Positions 1 to 15,000 are shown, numbered from the stretch's first letter. The stretch: 64,000 nucleotides of DNA from Tubulanus polymorphus (GCF_964204645.1 NC_134027.1:25816560-25880559), one strand, 5' to 3'. The notes: generated from the sequence alone by a model not told the origin. Made by a program: numbers and translations.

Positions 1-3000
1 AGGATTAGAATTTCAATCTGAAGAAGATGTTTGTACTATTTTTCTCGAAGTAGACAATGTACGAACCTTTCCCGGGTTGGATCTGACTGATGTTCAAAGG
101 CGGATCATATTTCTGCGTTTCGTATTTGATTTTGAATCCTTTTCCTTCCTTTAGGAGATCAGATCTGAATAGAATATCGATCGACTGAAAACCGGACCAA
201 ATCACTGGCGGCGGCCTGATATCGTTGCAGTATTTAGACACTGTAAAGTCGTCGCCGTACGGGTTGAAATCGTATATTTCCAACGAATCTCCGATGCATA
301 TTGAAGTATCGCCGGTTATGTTGAAATCGAGAATTTCTAGTTTGATGTTGTGAGATTGTTTAGTTTTGATCGTCCAGCGGCATTCCGAACGAGCCGGATA
401 GGCGTACGGATAGTTCGGTGATAACAGATATCCGCACTGTTCCTGACACGGTTCCCGGGTTCCGCATCGACTCGAGCCCATACGACCGCAACCAGGACAA
501 TCTATAAAGAAATGAACATTTATAAGAATCGATATTAGTGATGTAGCAATAAATCGTTAAATTCCCCGTATTAATTGACCTAAAAGTTTACTAGAATTTA
601 AGATATATTTGTCGGGTGTTTGCTACCATCCTTCGTCAGCCTAAAAAAAAAAGATTCTGTAAATCCGAATGGAATGATGTAGTTGTCTCAACTATACCTT
701 ACTTACCCCGAAAACTAAGCTTGACTTTGAAACCATAATCGGCGAACTTTTCAAACGTGTATTTGAAACACGTGTTCAGTCGTAATTCGAGTTGAGACGA
801 TGAAGATATTATTTCTGGTACTGATTCACTGTTGAATGACAGTGGATCGCTGTACACGGGTTCGCTATCATTCATTTCATTAATGAAAAGTGTATCTCGA
901 CACGGAGGCAGATCGAACTTTGTCAACGACGATTTCATTATCTTATCATCACCGACCTGAAGAATTCGATTCGGAAATAATTTCATATTTTACGAGTAAT
1001 AATTTGATCTTGGTCTATAATTTCGATGAAACACTCTGTCCATGTTGATTGTGACGATGATCGATAGTAAAAACCAGACAAAAACGAGTTCGAAAGATTT
1101 CCTTGGGTTAGGTTTTATTCCGACGATTTGACTATCGTAAGATGACTATTACATTTAGTCAGAAATGTGGAAATAAACTGTAGCTAAAAAGAAACCTTTT
1201 TGACTCGTTTTTCATTTTTGAAACATGTATCGTATCACAACGAACCTTAAAACTCTCAGGTTTTGGCGCAAGTTTGAAGAATTCAAACTCTAAATCTGGA
1301 TAACTTCCATTTCGGCCTCTGATCTGCCATGTACATTTCAGATTTTGACCGTAATACTCGGGATAGTTCGGGGAGACGATATAACCGGAATCGGTAATTG
1401 TGAACTGACATTGTCTTTCTGCAAAGAAAAGATTTCTTCGTATATAATTCAAAGTGCAAGGACAAGAAAGAAGTTTAAGAAAGAAGTATGATTTTACCGT
1501 GTAATCGCCTGCCGTAGAACTCAACTCTGAAACACGGTTTGATATTCCAGAATTCGTTATTGAACCTCACGTAACGCGCTACTACGCTTCTATCGAGAGC
1601 TATATAAAAGTACTCTTCAGTGGCGTAGAAAACCGTGGCCGTTGTTTGCATCGCCTGTGAAAAAAGACAATTTATTAAGCACACGTGGCGATATTTCAGT
1701 GATGATATCCTTTTATTGAAATCTTTTATGGATATATACAGTAAATTGTGTATGAACATAGGGAAAGGACAATAGGCAAGCCAGGAGGTTGTACTCTAGT
1801 GGAGATCTATATTACCATAATCATTTGAGATTTTTCTAAATCCAATTTTCAGTGAAGCGGTAAAAATATCTAATATGTGATCACTATGGAATTATTCATT
1901 ATCTTCAATACCCCAGGGACCGGTTTTATATGCTGGTATTACCTCTAACTCGGGGGCTAACTCAATTCATTATCAATAGAGTTAGCCCTCGGGTTAAAGG
2001 TAATACCAGTCTATTAAACCGGGTCCTGGTTATCCGTCTGAAATTGCGTTTTGAACATACCCCCATATTGAGTCCAACGTCGTAATATTCCATGGTTTTA
2101 AGGTCGTTTGAATAAAGTAGATTGCCGGAAAAAGCACCAACTCGACCTCTAGAACCGTCTAGAGTTCCGCTCATAACAGCGTATGCGCTTATCACATGAG
2201 GGACTAACAGATCCGCCTGAATTAAAGAATCACAAGTGCCTCGTAAACTTCATTTCTCACGATTCATAATGCACAAAAATTCATGAATCAGGGGCCGGTT
2301 GCACAGTCATGGCTTAGACTTAAGACCAGTCTAAGACCAAATTAGTTCTATAGCCAATCTAACAACTTAAGACCAGTCTAAAGATTTAAGACCATTTTTG
2401 GACTTAAAACACGACTGTGCAACTGGCCCCTGAACTTTAAAAGAAATAAACTTCAAATAAAAAATGAATGATTCAAACACGAGTCTAGTCAAACACGAAA
2501 GCATGGTATACAGATTTTAGATATGCCATCGTGATGAAAATTATTTAAAATACAATTATAAGAAGAAGATTGAGAAGGCTTTTTTATGAGGACCAAGCAA
2601 ACGCCGGCAGGCCGTTGTAACCCATGGTGTAAAGAGGGTAAACAGTAAAGAGTGACGAAGAAAAAGTAAAGGAGGTTGAATTCAAGATTATCGATTCATA
2701 TATCGTGGATATCTTACAATGATATAGACGGGGGATTCAACTTTCTCTATCGAACAAAATCCGGATAACGGTTTGGCGAATGCGCGCGCATCAGTGTGCG
2801 GGGTGACGCACTCGTTTCCGCTACATTGTAACCCGTTGTGAAAACTGCCGGTCAACTGACGCGATAGTATCTCACCAGACGCCATTCCTAATGGATACAC
2901 ACCGGCTTCTGAAGTGAAGAAACAAATAAATATATCATTACTTAATATCGATGAAGAACTAAGTAATGTGTTTTTGGTGTTAACATTCTTTATTAATTTT

Positions 3001-6000
3001 GGATATTCTTTCTTCTTTTCCACGGCATCCACCTTTTTGGTACAGCTTTTAGATTAGGGGGTTCGCTTTCAATTGTAGCACATGTCGTCAAAATTCAGCA
3101 CATGCGTTTATTGTTATAGATCACACAAATAAATATGATCATTATTATTATCATCAATATTACTTTTAATATCATTGTTATTGATTAAAATGAATAAGAT
3201 ATTGCACATGCAACTAAACGAGAAAATAGATAGTATTTTGAAGGCGCACTAGATTTATTAGAAATGCACGCTTTCGCTGCTAGTGTTTATACACGTTGTA
3301 ATTTTATCAGGTGAATGATCGTTGATATGAAATATGTTAAAACTTGAAGCGGGACAAAAAGGATTTTACCTAATCCCCAAACTTTAAGATCACAAATTGT
3401 CATAATCTGTTTCCGTGTCCCGAGGACTTTCATGATCCATAACGCCGATCCTGTTTCCGGCTTATAGCAATCCAGTTTAACTGTGCTATATTCCTGTATT
3501 TCTGTTATTTGTCTCAGGCAAAGCGAATCCAACGATAAATCACTTGTCAAATTGTAAAAATTGGCTACATGGATGTCGAACATGCCGGCGGAACCTACAA
3601 ATGAAAAACGTGTACTATTCATATATATAGTCCGTCAATATTCCTTTCTTATACAGCAAACTCCATTTATACCCTGGAGTCGATTGCCTCGGATTACCAC
3701 GTGCCCCGGACAACATATTACAAATTTTCTTACCCAATTCATCGTGGTAACAGCTCACCCGTGCTCCGACTACCCCAGAATTCGTATGTATTTCAAAGAC
3801 GAACCAGGATATCCGAAGCAAGCGGAGTCTATTGTATGTATCTTCAATAAAATGGGGTATAAAAACTGAAATAACTCGCCATTTATCGTAATATAGTAGA
3901 TAATCATATCCTGATTGAATGAAAGTTTGATCCACGGTTGAATGACCGCTTCGGTTGTGTAACACGTCTCAGGATCGTCGTCGATCATATAAAACCATCT
4001 CGGGTCGCTGACCGCGTATTTATCCTCGGTTTTCACATCAACTCCGGCTTGATTAGTCAAATCTTGCATTTCTACGTCAACTGTTTGTAAATATGAATGA
4101 GAAAATTGAAGATATTGATATTAACACCGTGTACCCTGGGCCCATTGCCTTAATTGAGAAAAGCCTGCGCGAATTTCGTAGTTAGTCTAGACCATCCTCG
4201 CTTGCCAGGGGTCCGGTATCACTCCCGAACTCGCTTCCACCAGCCCCCTGGCCTCACGAAGCGTGATTTCATTACTGGCGCTGTTGCGCCAGTCGTCATA
4301 TATCGATTTGCGAAATACTTCTTTGGTCGGTAAAACGTTCGCTGATTGGTCAATTTAACGGGAAAACCAACATAAGTCTGCTGACGGTTTGTTACAAGCG
4401 CTGTGATTGGTACGACCGGATTCTGGTCGGCTAGTAACGACTCCAACGACTCGTGAGGTCAAGGGGTTCGGGGAACAGCTTTAGCGTAGTGGGTTCGAAT
4501 CCCTTGACGGGTGAAGATGGTCTAGACTAGCGGTAGGAACTAATAATCGCATTTCTCGATCTTAACGCATTTCACAGTATCGTTAGTAGTCGACTAACTC
4601 GATATCCGAAGTTCGTTTTGTTTGCTTGCACTGGGTCCTTCGTATCCTTATTTCAGAATCAAAATTATAACCGATCCTATTTAAGCTTACATGCATTAAG
4701 TAAATTGATTAATATCGTTATTTTTCTTATTGGAGACCCTTGTTAATTGATTTAGAAGTTAATTGATTAATATTGTTATTTTTCTTATTGGAGACCTTTG
4801 TTAATTGATTTAGAAGTTAATTGATTAATATTGTTATTTTTCTTATTGGAGACCCTTGTTAATTGATTTAGAAGTTAATTGATTAATATTGTTATTTTTC
4901 TTATTGGAGACCCTTGTTAATTGATTTAGAAGTTAATTGATTAATATTGTTATTTTTCTTATTGGAGACCTTTGTTAATTGATTTAGAAGTTAATTGATT
5001 AATATTGTTATTTTTCTTATTGGAGACCCTTGTTAATTGATTTAGAAGTTAATTGATTAATATTGTTATTTTTCTTATTGGAGACCCTTGTTAATTGATT
5101 TAGAAGTTAATTGATTAATATTGTTATTTTTCTTATTGGAGACCTTTGTTAATTGATTTAGAAATTAATTGATTATATTGTTATTCATATCATTAAGATT
5201 TTAGTAAAAACTATTATTCTGAATAAGAACTATAAGTATAATTTACCAGAAAATCCTTTGACGTCCACGTCGCAGATTGTAAGCGGACTCCAGGGATCTC
5301 TTGTTTTTATCGTTATATATCTCGCTTTTAGAGCAGATTTCGTGCATTGTAAAGATATACTCCTGTTATAGGGTAAAACACCGCTGAATGTAAAACAAGT
5401 CAGATACGTTTTAGGTGTTACGACGTCGTGCAACAGAATTTCGAAGTCATTCATTTCTACCCAGCGATAATCTGAAATAGAAATCATATTAAACCTTAAC
5501 GATATCTCTGATAAATGACGAAATAACACAATACAAAAAAGAGTTCGAAATGTCCCTTGAGCTAATATTTTATTTGACGTTTCGATAATATAATATCCTG
5601 ATAGTCATTTTTAGAAATTCTTTTCAGCATTCCTGAATGTGACTACTAGGATATGGTCGCAATATCGATATTAGCTCAATGACAATTTTAGGACTATTAA
5701 TTTTTTTGTATTGTGGAATTCTTATCTCAAAAAAAATCATATTTGCTTTCGAGAAAGCAGTGTAGACTATATCGAATCTTCGACCAAGCCTTTGAAATGA
5801 CCCTGACCTTTACAACGTTTTTCAAAGTAATCGACTCCAAGTGTAGAAATGAACGCATCGTCTGTCGTATTGCGGCGTCTAATATCGTAATGATTACATG
5901 TCTTCGTTTCGTACTCGTAGGTAAACGATAAACACGTGTTTATTCGTCTACAACTAGAACGACATCTGTGTAAAGACTGACCAGTCGAGGAGCCTTCCTG

Positions 6001-9000
6001 GACTACTGCTTTTATAACATGATCGGGAACTTGTTTGAAATAGCAATCCGAGTCTGAAAAAGCGTAAACTCCCGCAAATTACTGATAATTTCAAAGACAA
6101 GTTTCTATATGGTGTATCTTTTAGGCGGTCGTATGTCAACCTAGACTGTCAGCGACGATCGCATCGCAAAGCCCCGTCGCACCTACGCAACCTTGTGACT
6201 GAGGTACGACCAGCTGCGACGGGCAGCCTTCTACCTTCCGTGATCGACATAAGCTGTACAAGCGATTTACAAAGACTAGTCGCACACCATCACTCATCAG
6301 CGACCAGTTGCAACCGATCGCGTCGCAAGTCGACCTGCGTTCGGCTTTTGACTTCTTTATCTACATTTGACAAATTTATTCACCTTTATAAATGAGGATG
6401 TCAACTCTCATACATAGGTTAGTATGCCAGGATAGCGGATACAGTCGGATATATCTGAGATGTATGATATCAGAGAACAGATGACGGGCAATAGTATCCG
6501 CATCAGAGTTACCATTGAAAACCTGCGGAATTAAATCAGTTTCATTTTACAGAATAGTTCACAGTATTTCTCATCTATTCTCAAAAGAAATATAGACGCG
6601 TTACCTTGAGTTTCGAGTTCTCTGTATAGTTATTCCAGATAACTCCATCTGTACTCCAGGCTGCTGCGAATGCCGTCACCCAGCTATTGGAACTATTTCT
6701 TCCTTGCGTAAGAATACCAGCCACTGCCCGTCGCACTGGAAGATTTACCTGAAATACACATCCGCGATTTCGGCAGCCGGATTATTTGAATATCGCAACG
6801 AACATAAAATGCGGGTTCGAACCTGAATGAATTGGCCGACTTCATTAGTTTCCGCGCACCAGCCACCTGGTGTAAGACCCGGAATATAGGGGGCGTTTAC
6901 TATCGCTTGGCTCTGATTGATAGGACTCAGGTGATCGGCTGAGGAAGAAACCGAGATCAAATTCGGAATCATTCGATTCAGATCACATAAATAACTCGTG
7001 TAATCTAGAAAAAATAGAGAATAAGAGTCATGAAATTCAATTAATCAAAAATTGAAAGCCAATAATATGCACAATTGTAATCGTCACATTTCGAAACATC
7101 AATATTGATGACGTAGTGCACATATCGCCTCACGTACACACTCTCCCATTAATTAACGCGTAGTAATTATCAATATATAGATACACTTCGTAGGTGTGAA
7201 AAATCTAAACGTATTAGTGTGGACATCTTCACCCGTCAAGGGAATCGAACTCACTAAGCTGAAGTCGTTCCCCGTTCGCTGGTGGAAGCGAGTTCGGGGA
7301 GCGATACCGGACCCCTGGCAAGCGAGGATGGAGTGTGATATAATTGAGAGTGTGAGAAGTAATTGCGAATTACAAAAACGCACATGTACACGGATTTGAT
7401 AACAAATATCAGTGTTTAAACCTCTTTTCTTTACTTACCCTGACAATAAGGAATATTATCAAAGCAATCTCCTATTCCTTTCCTAGGACTGACGCAGTAC
7501 GGTTTCGGGCTATTGTCGGCAGGTGGTGCCAGTAGTTCATCGGTTACATTTCTCCAGTTCGCGGGTAGACGACATCGATTACGGACCGTATTAAATGTTT
7601 CGTTGGTTGTCGTTAGACCAGTGCGGGGATATATCTGATCGTACCTAAACCAGTAATCACACACTGCTTTAGAATGTGCGAACCATTTACGGTTTCCCCT
7701 GTACATTCCACCATCTTCCATTTTACAATCTGAAATAGTCTAGTAGTTTATTTGTCACCATCAATATGTACAAGATTAATAATAACAATAGTAAATTACA
7801 AACAATCAGGTGACAGGAGCCTGAACAGAGCCATAAAGGCTGTATATCCAAAAGGATGTTCAGACACCTTGAACACAAAGAACAAATTAAAGAAAAGAAC
7901 AAATGAAGAGGGATGAGTTGATGAAAAATTAAGATGAATTTAAATCACGCAGACGTGTATGAATTAGGATAGTATTTTGTATAAGTATCTATTTTGTATC
8001 GATATTGGTTAAAAATATCTCTTTTGAACCTACTAACGAGGGTGCATGTTATTCATTGCAATAGACAAACATGGAAATTGACCGACATGGAAAATAATAG
8101 ATTTCTATCAATTTCCCTGATGGTCAATTTCTGAATGTCACTATTCTATCAAATTCCAGTACTGGATTTTTTTATCTTTTTCCAAGGTGTTCACTGAAGC
8201 TAATTTCCATGTTGTGCATTTTCCAGACGTGAAAATTCTATTTAAGTCCAACACTGGATTTTTAGGACAATTTCATGTCGTATAATTTCCGTGTTGTGCA
8301 TTTTCATGTTGTACTTTGTCTATGATTGGTTTATTCCATATTGTACTAATTCAGCATCCCCGCAAATTCATAACATAAATCCAAGATACCATTTTCAGAC
8401 TGGAAGATGGGTGGTTACTTCATTACTTATTTATAGACTTTCTAGTTCAGTTACAATTGTGAGATTTTACATTTTAAATCAACATGTCTATAATACAATG
8501 TGTATCCTAGAAAACATCTCATAGCCCAACGCACACGACGCAGGGAAACACGGAAACATGAGACAGAAACATGTTTCCGAACGTTTGCGTTTTCGAGAAA
8601 CGAATGACCGGGAAACAATGTTTCCGAGATCAAACACGTTTGATTTCTGTGTTTTGCTGCATCGTGAGCGTTGGGCTTAAGTACCTTGCGTTTTGTAAAT
8701 ATTTTCAAAGTACTGTCTCGGTTCAAGAAGTAAACCTTCATCTAGAAATAAATGCGAATGATACATTGTCGCCGTAATCGGAGTTTGAAGAAATCGTTGA
8801 TATGAGCTGCAAGTGGTTATGATACATACCTTGGTGACAGTCTAACTCGTAAACATTACTCGAAACATCGTCAACAAACCGCGAAGTGTCGCGATAAAAC
8901 AACAACTCTTTCATTCCGTAGAATACACATCGACCAGTGTCAGAATTCACTACAAATACGCGACAAGTTTCACGTAACTTGCACGCTAAGGTACAATTAT

Positions 9001-12000
9001 CTCGATTACCGCCATCTTTCCAAATATCAACCGGTGTCGTATTGACGATGTTCTTTTGGGGATAGGTAATCGTATCGCACGGTCCTCTCAGATCTGGAAA
9101 ATATCAAAAAGCTTATGATTTATAGTCGAAGAATTTGTGATTGTTACAGGCTGTAGATTGTGGTATTAACTGCGTAATTATGGAGCCTTTGTGCATGAAA
9201 TTCCCTTGGTCTGGAAATGTCCTAAGCAGTTAGGTTTATCCTTAGCTCGATATTGCTCATCTTCCAGATATCTTTCTTCATCTTTATTATTCTTAGAGTT
9301 TCGAGCGAGGGGCGTGTTCAACGGGAATTCTTTGAATTCGAGGGAGTTTTACATTTAAGATGGTTTATGCTTATAGTTCCAGTATACTTTACCAGTGAGT
9401 CTCCGTAGTTGTAAGAAAATGATATCAATTTGGTGAATATTTCCGAGGTCGACTCTGAACCACGGATTTCTATCTTCCGGATTTGAGAAGAAGCACTGTT
9501 TCCAAGGCAAACTATAGCGGTATTTCGAGTAAGCTCCTTCGTTATGCGAACCATCCAGCGCGCGCTCAGGACCGCTGAGACCGAGACACGAGCTCGCCGA
9601 AAACGGTTTAGCAATTGCGATATTAGGCACTTCTCGCCACACTGAATAAATAACACAAATATAAAAGTTGAAAATAAAAATAATACCAGATGTTTATACA
9701 TTAGAGCCCGCTTAATTCGGATCATTTAGGACTAATAAAAAATCGTACGGTTTGAGGGAATTTTGGAATAAAAAAAAAAAAAAATGGATATTATTTTTTG
9801 TTAAATTATATATATACAAAATAACAGGAATGCAAATGTTATGTCCAGATAAGACCGAAATCCGGATTAAACCGATCCGGATTAAGCGGATTTGACAGTA
9901 CATGTATTACAAATAGACAAAGTGTTGGTTCCTAATGATTAAATGACTATTAACCTTTCGAATAGCGAATACATATAAACGCCAGTTTCATGTTGCAAGG
10001 CTTGTTAGAGATCGTCAACAGACTGAATACACTTTTAGATGAAGCTAGGCATTTTTCGTTACTTATACCATCAACAGACTTTTCCTGGAAATGAGGAAAA
10101 GAAATAGTTAACTGTTTATTCTATAGGCTTCCTGGATAATCGTGAGAAAGGATATCTGAAACTAACCGTGAAAGCGAGTTTGCTGTTTTCCGTCGCGTTT
10201 TTCGATAGTTTTCGTCCTGTCGTGTCCTGCCAAAAGCCATTATCAAAGTGTCCGCCGACCCAGGTCAGATCACCTGAAATAACAATAATTTTTACTCCAA
10301 TTTTTTCAATCATAGTTATTTACAGTGTATCCTGAATTATCGGAGTATGAACCAGATTTCAAGTAGCTACTACGTGATGTTCGATCTCAGGCTGTTCGAT
10401 GTCGGAGGTATTCGGCCATTGCACCTACCGGCACTACCGAGGTCGACCATCTCCGGACTTTAGATCCGACTTACTGATATTCGGTTTCACTTAGTTTCGA
10501 AAGGTTCGAATCACATATCGAGTATGATAGGGCGACGATGTACCTTTGTATAGGTTTCAAATAAAAACTCAATTATTCATTGGTATATCGAAAAGTAAGA
10601 CATCACCTTTTGTAATTATGTCAAGGCTTTTAGTAAGAAGATACGAGGAGGGGTATAACATTTCAGCGTTGAGTCTGCGGCACTTTACCGTCGCGTCGAA
10701 CCAGTCCATTCCGCCTCTAAAGTAGCGCACACAACCTCGCAGTCCATTCCTCATCGTCCATCCTCGTTCGCAGGCGTTCCTCTGTCTTTTGATAGGCGTT
10801 ATACCATCCCAAAGATGATCGTTTAATTTACCCGCTGTAACGAGAATATTTTGCCAATTACATATTGAGCGATTTTCAACCAATAAACCTCGAGTTTCAT
10901 CTGCACAGCAGCCGTGAAGCAGAGTGAACCTACTGGGGCCAGTTGCACAGTCGTGACTTAAGTCCAAAAGTGGTTTAGAATCTTAAGACTGGTCTTAAGT
11001 TGTTAGATTGGCTACAGAAGTTAGTTGGTCTTAGACTGGTCTTAAGGCTAAGCCATGACTATGCAACCGGCCCCTGGAAGTTAGTTCAGACTAGTGGCAT
11101 TTAAAAACCGAAAATAGAATTGAAACAATAGCTATAAATTCTGATTTCCTGGTGCCGGTTCCATAGTTGAGACATATGTCAAAAGAGGTCTTAAATCTCA
11201 ATATTGTGTCTTAGGTTTTTAGATTGGCTGTATAACTAAGATGGTCTCGACTGGCATAAGTCTGAGCCCTGACTATGGAACTGGCCCCTGACATTTTTAT
11301 TTCATAAACTTCTAAGATGGTCGAAACGTCAGGAAAATGGAATTCATAGTCAATATTTCATCACTTATAGTGGGTTTTTGAATATGTAAACTTACTGGGT
11401 TTGCCGATTACATCCACGTTGTACATTTGTAGATGGCCGATGAGTGTTGTGACGGGATTGATTCTGATATAGCGACAATACACTACATCATTGAACCGAC
11501 AGAAATGCGTTTGACAGTATTTCTTGTCAGCCGGGTTGATAAACTTCCAAACCTGCGGGAGATGTTGGAGAGATTGAATCACAAATTGTTCATACGCATC
11601 TGACGTTTAGTCGTTTTGGATTCAAGTCCACAAGCTTTCAGAGTCTACGACGAAGTGAATCCAGGAAAGGCCTTCAAAATAATAGAGGATTTGACGTATG
11701 TTCGGATCAACACCTACCAATACTTATCAATAAGTTTAGAAAATGGCTGTGGATCGAAACGACAAAAACCTCTATTAGTTTTACTTGGTCATTATGGGTT
11801 TTTCTTCAATTCAATTAGACAGTCACTTAGTCTATAGAAACCGATCACTGTTGAACATTGTAACTATCTTTAAAGCTCGTAATTATCTTTACCTTTGATG
11901 AATTGCTGCCCTGTTCTTCTATATAAACCCATTCTAAAGTATCCGAAGAATGGCTGATCTTAAACATGATATTGGGCATGTCGAGATTTTTTAAAAGCGT

Positions 12001-15000
12001 TACGGAGTGATAGGACATATACAGATGCGGTTTCACAGCGATGCCACTCACTACGTAAGGTCCTTTCAAATCAATCTGAATTAAAAGCCATAATTTTGAT
12101 AAATGGGGATCGTTGAAATCTAGTTGTTAACTGGTGCCTTTAATCTGTATAATAATTGTAATTATGGGATTCTGTCATCACAATACGGATCCGGCGTTTT
12201 ATCATCTTATGTATGATTATTTACCTGTAGATATGGACGGGGGTCCGACATACTCGGTATCCAAGCGTTAATTTGTATATCCATTTTATCGTGAATGAAA
12301 TAAACCGTAGGGCCGAGATTAAGTGACACCACGTCCCCGGCGGTTATAGCAGCTCCGTCCGCGCCGGCTCGCTGGGTGTAGAAGATCATTCTCTGTGTAT
12401 GAGATGACCAGTATTTCCACTGATACTTGTATTCGCTCGATGCACTGAACGCGTGTTGGGAATAATCGGTAAGCAAGTTACTAAATTCAGGATCGAAATC
12501 TAAAAGAAAAGATATTTCCTTTACTACGAGAACATTCTTTTACTGTAATTATAAAGCGCTTCATCCAAATAAGGCTGTTATGCGCTGAATATGCCTTTGA
12601 AAAAATGGATTTTTAAAGCACCCTTAACATCATCAGCAGTACTGCTGGTTAACCTGATAAAAACAGCAGAACATAAAATTGGGGCTACGTGGGCTAATGA
12701 TCTAAGATCATTAAAAACGTAACTCACTTTCAGAACTTTTCTTGCAGATGAAATTGTACTGTACTTCATTATCATTGCAAGGTCGATCTACCAGAGACAT
12801 ATTCAAACAAATACCGCTGAATATAGACTTATGAAACAAATTGGTTTTGAATTGAGCTGACTGTTTCTTGATGGCGCAAGTGGCAATTGAAGGCGTCTCC
12901 TTAGCGAATGTGTTAACTATCACAGCCGCGCAGTTGCTTCGTCTTTTTCGACTTGTGGGATAGCCTGCTTTCCATTTCAGGAAGTCCGGTAGAGGACGGC
13001 CCGTTTCGGTTAACCAAGTGCCTTCAGTGCCAGTGTCAGTCGCGGCCAGCCATATTGTTATATCTTTTTCGGTGCTAAAAGAAATGTTTAGCATAAAATT
13101 ATTTTTAAATGAAATGTATACACAAAATATGCCTGAAGAAGTGCTGTTCGTCGGACTGGTTTACATAGTCTCTCGGTGTCCTCGTGCTCTCTCGGTGTCC
13201 TCATGGTCTCTCGGTGTCCTCATGGTCTCTCGGTGTCCTCATGGTCTCTCGGTGTCCTCGTGCTCTCTCGGTGTCCTCATGGTCTCTCGGTGTCCTCGTG
13301 CTCTCTCGGTGTCCTCATGGTCCCTCGGTGTCCTCATGGTCTCTCGGTGTCCTCATGGTCTCCCGGTATCCACATCGTCTCTCGGTGTCCTCATGGTCTC
13401 TCGGTGTCCTCATGGTCTCTCGGTGTCCACATGGTCTCTCGGTGTCCTCATGGTCTCTCGGTGTCCTCATGGTCTCTCGGTGTCCTCATGGTCTCTCGGT
13501 GTCCTCATGGTCTCTCGGTGTCCACATGGTCTCTCGGTGTCCTCATGGTCTCTCGGTGTCCTCATAGTCTCCAGGTATCCACATGGTCTCTCGGTGTCCT
13601 CGTGGTCTCTCGGTGTCCACATGCTTTCTCGGTGTCCTCGTGGTCTCTCGATGTACTCACGTAAAATAATCCTCATCTAAAAGTGACAGGTATCCCAGAA
13701 AATCAATTGGACTTCTGCTTAATAGGTAATCTAACTCGTGGTACCAATCAGGTACGAACAACTCAGCGCCGAAATTGCGACATATTTCCCGAGCAGACAT
13801 CCATGTTGCTGGAGGCTGGATGGCCGAATAACAAGCGTCTAGTTGCGGAAAGTGTTTCCACGTGCTGTAACAGTTCCGACCTGTGGGAATAATTGGGAAG
13901 AATTCAGAAAACGTGATCTCATCGATCAACATTTGACTTAAGTTTTTTAGTAACCTTTGATGAAAATTCTTAGTCCGTGTTGTAACGAAAGAAAAATGCT
14001 TCTGAGATGTTTCCTTGAGCTAGTGGTTCATTCAACGTTTCAACTACATCCTAATAGTCATCTTCATAAATACTGAAGATGTTACTAAATACTTAGTTGA
14101 TATACTAAGCTTCAGAATTGATGACTATAAGGATATAGTCGGAACTTTGAATAAACTACACTAACTCAAGGAAACACAAGACGAACTCAGAGTGTTTCAT
14201 CAATGGTTATAATGTAGACAACATCAGTATTGCTGAAGATGACTATTAGGATTTAGTCGAAACGTTGAATTAGGTATTAGCTGAAGGAAACTACACGCAC
14301 TCACTGTTCTTTCTTATTTAAGGATTTTCTCTGAAGAGTAATTTGTGACAAATCTATATTTGTACCTATGAACGGCGTTGGTTTAGTACAATCTTCAACA
14401 ACTGTCGTTTTGTGCTTGTTTTCGACTTTGATGTAACGCGTTATGTTTCCTAATCCGTATTGAACGCTTTCGCCACACGACCGAAAACCTGAATTGAACA
14501 ACAACATTAATCGATGAAAACTAATCTTCAGTGTACAGACAATCAAGACAGATCAAAAGGAGAGTTTAATCCTGAACATTGGCAAAACACTTGCTTTTTC
14601 CGTGAACACTGGTTGTTAAAACCATTGACCAAACACAGATTGTAACGATTACATAAAAATCCCATTCTAAGAATGAACAATATAATCCGAAATTTCCCGT
14701 TAGGTTGGGATAGGAGGCCCCGGTATACGGTTTGAGAATCTGGTTTATAGTGACAAAATAAGTTACCATAGGCCGGATTGGGGTGTACAGTTTGGAATCT
14801 GGTTAATGGTGATAGTAGTTTTAGCAAAGTTTTGACTATTTTCCGATAGTCAATATCCCAATAAGGAGGAGTGTGAGTGTGGTTCTTTGCGTGTTGGGGG
14901 ACTTGTACGTTTGACATAAGTCTTAACTGGCTTCTTCAAGCCTCCCCTGCTTAATATTAGAATATTTCATTTTACTTCATTTTTATAATGTATAATGATA

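Noticed and set aside
4703-5185. CRISPR-like regular repeat
   Set aside because: No unique spacers, eukaryotic context, no cas genes
13018-13680. Long repetitive ORFs (SRCPHGLSVSSWSLGVLMV)
   Set aside because: Artefact of a stop-free 19-bp intronic minisatellite
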